The notes under the pieces: generated by a model
The model's input: the letters and a program-made list of their open reading frames with translations, nothing else
The model's database searches: none
Told to the model about the DNA's origin: nothing
DNA from: Roseateles sp.
GTDB lineage: Bacteria > Pseudomonadota > Gammaproteobacteria > Burkholderiales > Burkholderiaceae_C
Assembly: GCA_041914785.1 (NCBI GenBank)
Contig: JAYSCT010000002.1
Span: 19,621-83,620, forward strand
DNA: 64,000 nt
Direction: 5' to 3'
Position numbers and translations under genes: made by a program
Shown: positions 59,761-64,000 of the stretch, in pieces
Layout: the number at the start of each line of letters is the position of its first letter
Position numbering within the stretch: position 1 is the first letter of the stretch

Positions 59761-60102
59761 TCAGTTGCGGTCGGCGCGGGGGGCCGGTTCCGGCGCCGGC
59801 TCGGACATGGGCGCCGGCTGGCTGCTGCTGTCCTGCGGCAGCGGCGTGGTGGTGGTGTCGGCCGGGGGCGTCGTGCGCGACGGGTCGTCGGCCTGCTGTT
59901 GCTGCTGCAGGGTGTTGGCTGTCGTGTTGTCGACGGGCGGCAGCGCGTTCGGGTCGGCCGGCGTTTCCTCGCTGGGCATGACAGCGGCAGGCGTGTCGAC
60001 AGGCTGCACGGGTTGCTCGTCGGACTGGGCCCAGGCGAAGCTGATGCCGGACACGAGGGCGACGGCGGTGAGCGCGGAGGTGGCGGTCTTGAGGGCAGAC
60101 AT
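59761..60102 (-). CDS. small secreted Pro/Thr/Gln-rich protein with C-terminal ADRN
   Basis: AAAGGAG SD; signal peptide ending AWA|Q; low-complexity acidic body; ends PAPRADRN. Confidence 0.8.
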   Translation of the reverse strand: MSALKTATSALTAVALVSGISFAWAQSDEQPVQPVDTPAAVMPSEETPADPNALPPVDNTTANTLQQQQQADDPSRTTPPADTTTTPLPQDSSSQPAPMSEPAPEPAPRADRN

Positions 60103-60291
60103 GGGGGACTCCTTTCAAAGCGGTGAACCGGCCATGGAGCGCCGGCTGGCGGGGCCGGGATTTCCACCGGCTGGAATCCACTCTAGGAGGGTCGCCCCGC
60201 CGCCGGGGTCGGCACCCCGCCAGACGCGCTGTAGGAGTTGCCGCCACCCCGTAGCGGCTCGTTACCCCGCGTTAAAGGCTGAAGGCCGCGC

Positions 60292-61074
60292 TCAGAGCGC
60301 GAAGTCGTAGTCGATGGTCAGCGGCGCGTGGTCGCTGAACAGCTGGCCCGTGTAGATGGACTCGGCGCGGGCCAGCGCGGCGATGCCGGGCGTGGCGAGG
60401 TGGTAGTCCAGCCGCCACCCGACGTTGTTGGCGCGCGCGTTGCCGCGGTTGCTCCACCAGGTGTACTGCTCGGCCTTCTGGTTCAGCGTGCGGAACACGT
60501 CCACCACGCCGCCCTCGTCCAGCAGCTTGGTCATCCAGGCCCGCTCCTCCGGCAGGAAGCCGCTGTTCTTCTGGTTGCCGCGCCAGTTCTTCAGGTCGAT
60601 CTCCTTGTGCGCGATGTTCACGTCGGCCACGAGGATGAATTCGCGCTCGCGTTTGAGCGCCTGCAGGTGCGGGAACATGGCGTCCAGGAAGCGGTACTTG
60701 ACCGCCTGGCGCTCCTCGCCACTGGTGCCACTGGGGAAGTAGACGCTGATGAGGCTGAGCTTGCGGCCGGGCTTGTCAAAGCGCTTTTCCACCCAGCGGC
60801 CCTCGCTGTCGAACTCGGCAATCCCTAACCCGGTGACCAGCTCGCTGGGCTCCTCACGCGTGTACAGCCCCACCCCGGAGTAACCCTTCTTCTCGGCATA
60901 GTGGAAGTGGCCTTCGAGCTTGTCGCAGCTGCGGAACTTGCTCTCCACGACGTCGGCCTGCGCCTTGAGCTCCTGCACGCCGACGGCGTCGGCCTGCTGC
61001 TGGGCCAGCCAGTCGAAGAAGCCCTTGCTGGCGGCGGAGCGGACGCCGTTGAGGTTCGCGGTGATGAAGCGCAT
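60292..61074 (-). CDS. xth: exodeoxyribonuclease III family protein (Xth/Crc clade)
   Basis: ANLNGVRSA, QELKA, KKGYSGV, YTWWS, GWRLDY and FSDHAP motifs. Confidence 0.93.
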   Translation of the reverse strand: MRFITANLNGVRSAASKGFFDWLAQQQADAVGVQELKAQADVVESKFRSCDKLEGHFHYAEKKGYSGVGLYTREEPSELVTGLGIAEFDSEGRWVEKRFDKPGRKLSLISVYFPSGTSGEERQAVKYRFLDAMFPHLQALKREREFILVADVNIAHKEIDLKNWRGNQKNSGFLPEERAWMTKLLDEGGVVDVFRTLNQKAEQYTWWSNRGNARANNVGWRLDYHLATPGIAALARAESIYTGQLFSDHAPLTIDYDFAL

Positions 61075-61249
61075 CGGGACGTGTCGGGGCGGCAAAACCC
61101 CAGTATCGCAGTGCAGCAAATGCACAACAGCGCCCGGCCTGCGTCATCACGAAACCGTCACGTGATCTTTACTATCCCGTAGCAATCAAGAGGCACCGAG
61201 TGCCCGCGTTCTCTCCCTGCCGTCTGCCCATCAACCCCGAGGATTTCCC

Positions 61250-63541
61250 ATGCCCAAGATCCTGACCACCCCGACCCTGCTCGCGCTGGCGCTGGGTGCG
61301 GCCTTTCCGCTGCAGTCCGCCGTCGCCCAGGCCGCGCCGGAGCCCGAAGCCAAGAAGGAGGTGAACCAGCTGCAGGCCGTCATCGTCACCGGCAGCCGCC
61401 GGGCCGAGAACCTGAAGGACGTGCCGCTGTCGATCTCGGCGATCAAGTCCGAGGAACTGGACACCTACAACGCCAGCGGCCAGGACATCCGCGCGCTGTC
61501 GGGCAAGGTGCCCAGCCTGAACATCGAGTCCGACTACGGCCGCACCTTCCCGCGCTTTTACGTGCGCGGCCTGGGCAACACCGATTTCGACATGAACGCG
61601 TCCCAGCCGGTGGGCCTGGTCTATGACGACGTCGTGCAGGAAAGCATCGCGCTGAAGGGCTTCCCGGTCTTCGACATGGCGCAGGTGGAACTGCTGCGCG
61701 GCCCGCAGGGCACGCTGTTCGGCCGCAACTCGCCGGCCGGCGTCATGAAGTTCGACTCGGCCAAGCCGGGCAAGAAGTTCGAGGGCTACGCCAACATCGG
61801 CTTCGGCCGCTGGAACGCGGTCAACCTGGAGACTGCCGTCAACCTGCCGGTCAGCAGCGACCTGCAACTGCGCGTGGCCGGCCTGGTGCAGCGCCAGGAT
61901 GACCGGGTGCACAACCCGCTGGCCGCCAGCGGCAGCGCGACGGCCGACCTCGAGGGCTACAACGACAAGGCACTGCGCCTGCAGGCGCTCTACAAGAGCG
62001 GCGGCTTCGAGGGCCTGTTCAAGGTCCAGGCCCGTGACTACAAGGGCACGGCCACGACCTTCCGCGCCAACATCATCAAGCGCGGCACCAACGACCTGGT
62101 CGATGGCTACGACGACAGCTACTACCCCACCGACGGCTACAACTCGCAGACGCTGAAGTCCAGCGAGGTCAGTGCCCGCCTGCGCTGGGACTTCGACGGC
62201 GTGTCGCTGTACTCGATCACTGCGCACGACCGCGCCAAGTTCTACAGCCGCGGCGACGTGGATGGCGGCTTCGGCAGCGACGCCATCTTCGGCGGGCCCA
62301 AACATCTGCCGATGGGGCCCGACTACCCGGGACAGGCCGCGTACATCCCGTTCGACTCCCAGACCGCGGACGGCATTCCCTATCTGCGCCAGACCACGCA
62401 AGAGTTCCGCCTGCAATCGACCACCGCGGATGCGCTGCAGTGGATCCTGGGCCTGTACTACTTCAATGAGAAGCTGCAGGTAGACACATTCAACTTCGAC
62501 ACCTTTAGCGTCGGCGATCCGCAGATCGGCTACGCCGTGCAGCACCAGCAGGCCAAGTCGTGGGCCGCGTTCGGCAACGTGAAATACACGGTCACGCCGG
62601 CACTGAAGCTCACCGCCGGCCTGCGCTACACCAACGACAAGAAGGACTTCGACGCCGCCCGCACCCAGGGATTCACCACCATCGGCCCGCTGCTCGCCAG
62701 CCCGAAGTCCACCAACTGGAGCTGGGACCTGGGTGCCAACTACGCGCTGAGCAGCAGCACCAGCCTGTTCACGCGTGTGGCCACGGGCTACCGCGCCCCC
62801 AGCATCCAGGGCCGCGTGATGTTCGGCGACACCATCTCGGTGGCCAACGCCGAAAAGGTGCTGTCCGTCGAAGCCGGCCTCAAGGCCGACCTGCTGGACA
62901 ACACCGCCCGCATCACCGGCACGGTGTTCAAGTACCGCGTGAAGGACATGCAGCTGACCGCGGGCAGCGGCGGCGTCAACCAGAACCGCCTCATCAACGC
63001 CGCCAAGGCGGAAGGACAGGGCTTCGAGATCGACGCCCAGGCCATCATCGCGCGCGATTGGCGCACGACGCTGGGCTTCTCGTACAACGACACGCAGATC
63101 AAGGATCCCAACCTCTTCGTGCGCGCCTGCGGCGCAAACTGCACGGTGCTGGATCCGCTGGTGCCGGGCTTCCCGGCAGCCGACAAGATCGTCAGTATCA
63201 ACGGCAACGACCTGCCGCGCGCGCCCAAGCTCGTCTGGAACTGGACGCTCAAGTACAGCACCGAGCTGGCCGGCGGCGAGCTGACCGTGCTGACCGACTG
63301 GGCCTACAAGGACAAGTACAACATGTTCCTGTACGAGGCCGTCGAGTACCGCGCCAAGTCGGCGCTCGAAGGCGGCCTGCGCGTGGGCTACGGCTGGGCC
63401 GACGGCAAGTACGAAGTCGCCGCGTTCGGCCGCAACATCACCAACCACCGCCAGGTCGTCGCCGCCATCGACTTCAACAACCTGACCGGCATCGTCAACG
63501 AGCCGCGCAGCTACGGCGTGCAGTTCAAGGCCTCGTTCTGA
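61250..63541 (+). CDS. TonB-dependent receptor
   Basis: signal peptide, VIVTGSRR TonB box region, VELLRGPQGTLFGRN plug, C-terminal PRSYGVQFKASF. Confidence 0.93.
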   Translation: MPKILTTPTLLALALGAAFPLQSAVAQAAPEPEAKKEVNQLQAVIVTGSRRAENLKDVPLSISAIKSEELDTYNASGQDIRALSGKVPSLNIESDYGRTFPRFYVRGLGNTDFDMNASQPVGLVYDDVVQESIALKGFPVFDMAQVELLRGPQGTLFGRNSPAGVMKFDSAKPGKKFEGYANIGFGRWNAVNLETAVNLPVSSDLQLRVAGLVQRQDDRVHNPLAASGSATADLEGYNDKALRLQALYKSGGFEGLFKVQARDYKGTATTFRANIIKRGTNDLVDGYDDSYYPTDGYNSQTLKSSEVSARLRWDFDGVSLYSITAHDRAKFYSRGDVDGGFGSDAIFGGPKHLPMGPDYPGQAAYIPFDSQTADGIPYLRQTTQEFRLQSTTADALQWILGLYYFNEKLQVDTFNFDTFSVGDPQIGYAVQHQQAKSWAAFGNVKYTVTPALKLTAGLRYTNDKKDFDAARTQGFTTIGPLLASPKSTNWSWDLGANYALSSSTSLFTRVATGYRAPSIQGRVMFGDTISVANAEKVLSVEAGLKADLLDNTARITGTVFKYRVKDMQLTAGSGGVNQNRLINAAKAEGQGFEIDAQAIIARDWRTTLGFSYNDTQIKDPNLFVRACGANCTVLDPLVPGFPAADKIVSINGNDLPRAPKLVWNWTLKYSTELAGGELTVLTDWAYKDKYNMFLYEAVEYRAKSALEGGLRVGYGWADGKYEVAAFGRNITNHRQVVAAIDFNNLTGIVNEPRSYGVQFKASF

Positions 63542-63595
63542 GCGCCGCCTGACGACACGCGGGCCCGGCCCGCGACTCAGTACAAACCAGCTCAC

Positions 63596-63630
63596 GGCTC
63601 GGCCTCTTCTAGGGGTCGAGCCTGTTTTTT
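63596..63630 (+). terminator. intrinsic terminator between the TonB receptor gene and pyrE
   Basis: GGCTCGGCCTCT-tct-AGGGGTCGAGCC stem (two G-U pairs) followed by TGTTTTTT. Confidence 0.7.
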
Positions 63631-63651
63631 GACCCCTAGAATCCCGCGGAC

Positions 63652-64000
63652 ATGTCCGCCGCGCCCACCGATTCCCTCGCCCAGTCCTTTGTTGCCTTTG
63701 CCGTCGAGGCGGGCGTATTGCGCTTTGGCGAGTTCAAGACGAAAGCCGGGCGCCTGAGCCCGTACTTCTTCAACGCCGGCCTGTTCGACGACGGCGCCAA
63801 GCTGGGCCGCCTGGCCGGCTTCTACGCCGAGCGGCTGATCGCGTCGGGCCTGGCCTTCGACATGATCTTCGGCCCCGCCTACAAGGGCATCACGCTGGCC
63901 GCCGCCGTCTCCATGGAGCTGGCCCGCCGCGGCCACAACCTGCCGTTCGCCTACAACCGCAAGGAAGCCAAGGACCACGGCGAAGGCGGCACCCTCGTCG
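63652..64000 (+). CDS. pyrE: orotate phosphoribosyltransferase, truncated by the window end
   Basis: manual translation [43 protein letters not shown]...FGPAYKGI...[12 protein letters not shown]; absent from the ORF track. Confidence 0.95.
   Translation, partial: MSAAPTDSLAQSFVAFAVEAGVLRFGEFKTKAGRLSPYFFNAGLFDDGAKLGRLAGFYAERLIASGLAFDMIFGPAYKGITLAAAVSMELARRGHNLPFAYNRKEAKDHGEGGTLV

Noticed and set aside
61075-61249. Riboswitch (cobalamin/TPP) upstream of the TonB receptor
   Set aside because: I could not find B12-box or TPP conserved motifs, and the region is short and shared with the xth promoter; an Infernal search would settle it.

Overview
A very GC-rich bacterial chromosomal window. Gene content and protein style suggest a Betaproteobacterium (Burkholderiales, Rubrivivax/Roseateles-like), which is an inference. 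About 55 mostly housekeeping or accessory CDSs are present: four c-di-GMP proteins, gshA, SulP and Bug/TctC transporters, a peptide ABC system with two binding proteins, WS/DGAT, an orphan ClpP, a YtrA-type GntR-ABC operon, cyanophycinase, a LytS/LytTR pair, an MCE/Mla-PqiC system, dabAB with LysR, a MexEF-OprN-like RND pump, a POT transporter, two L,D-transpeptidase-like genes, xth, a TonB receptor and a truncated pyrE. Mobile and repeat DNA comprises a complete class IIC group II intron (54506-56383, minus strand) inserted right after a terminator, a 268-bp MITE-like palindrome that supplies a stop codon, and a family of REP-like elements that sit at gene starts and are read as protein. The most interesting candidates are: (i) a small secreted protein ending in -ADRN followed by two L,D-transpeptidase-like paralogues, a possible protein anchoring or processing system; (ii) translated REP-like elements; (iii) an unannotated anti-SD small RNA near 780-845; (iv) paired LytTR boxes linking an acyltransferase and a diguanylate cyclase; (v) a terminator/alternative hairpin in front of pyrE. 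Most start codons were picked by eye and no database searches were run.
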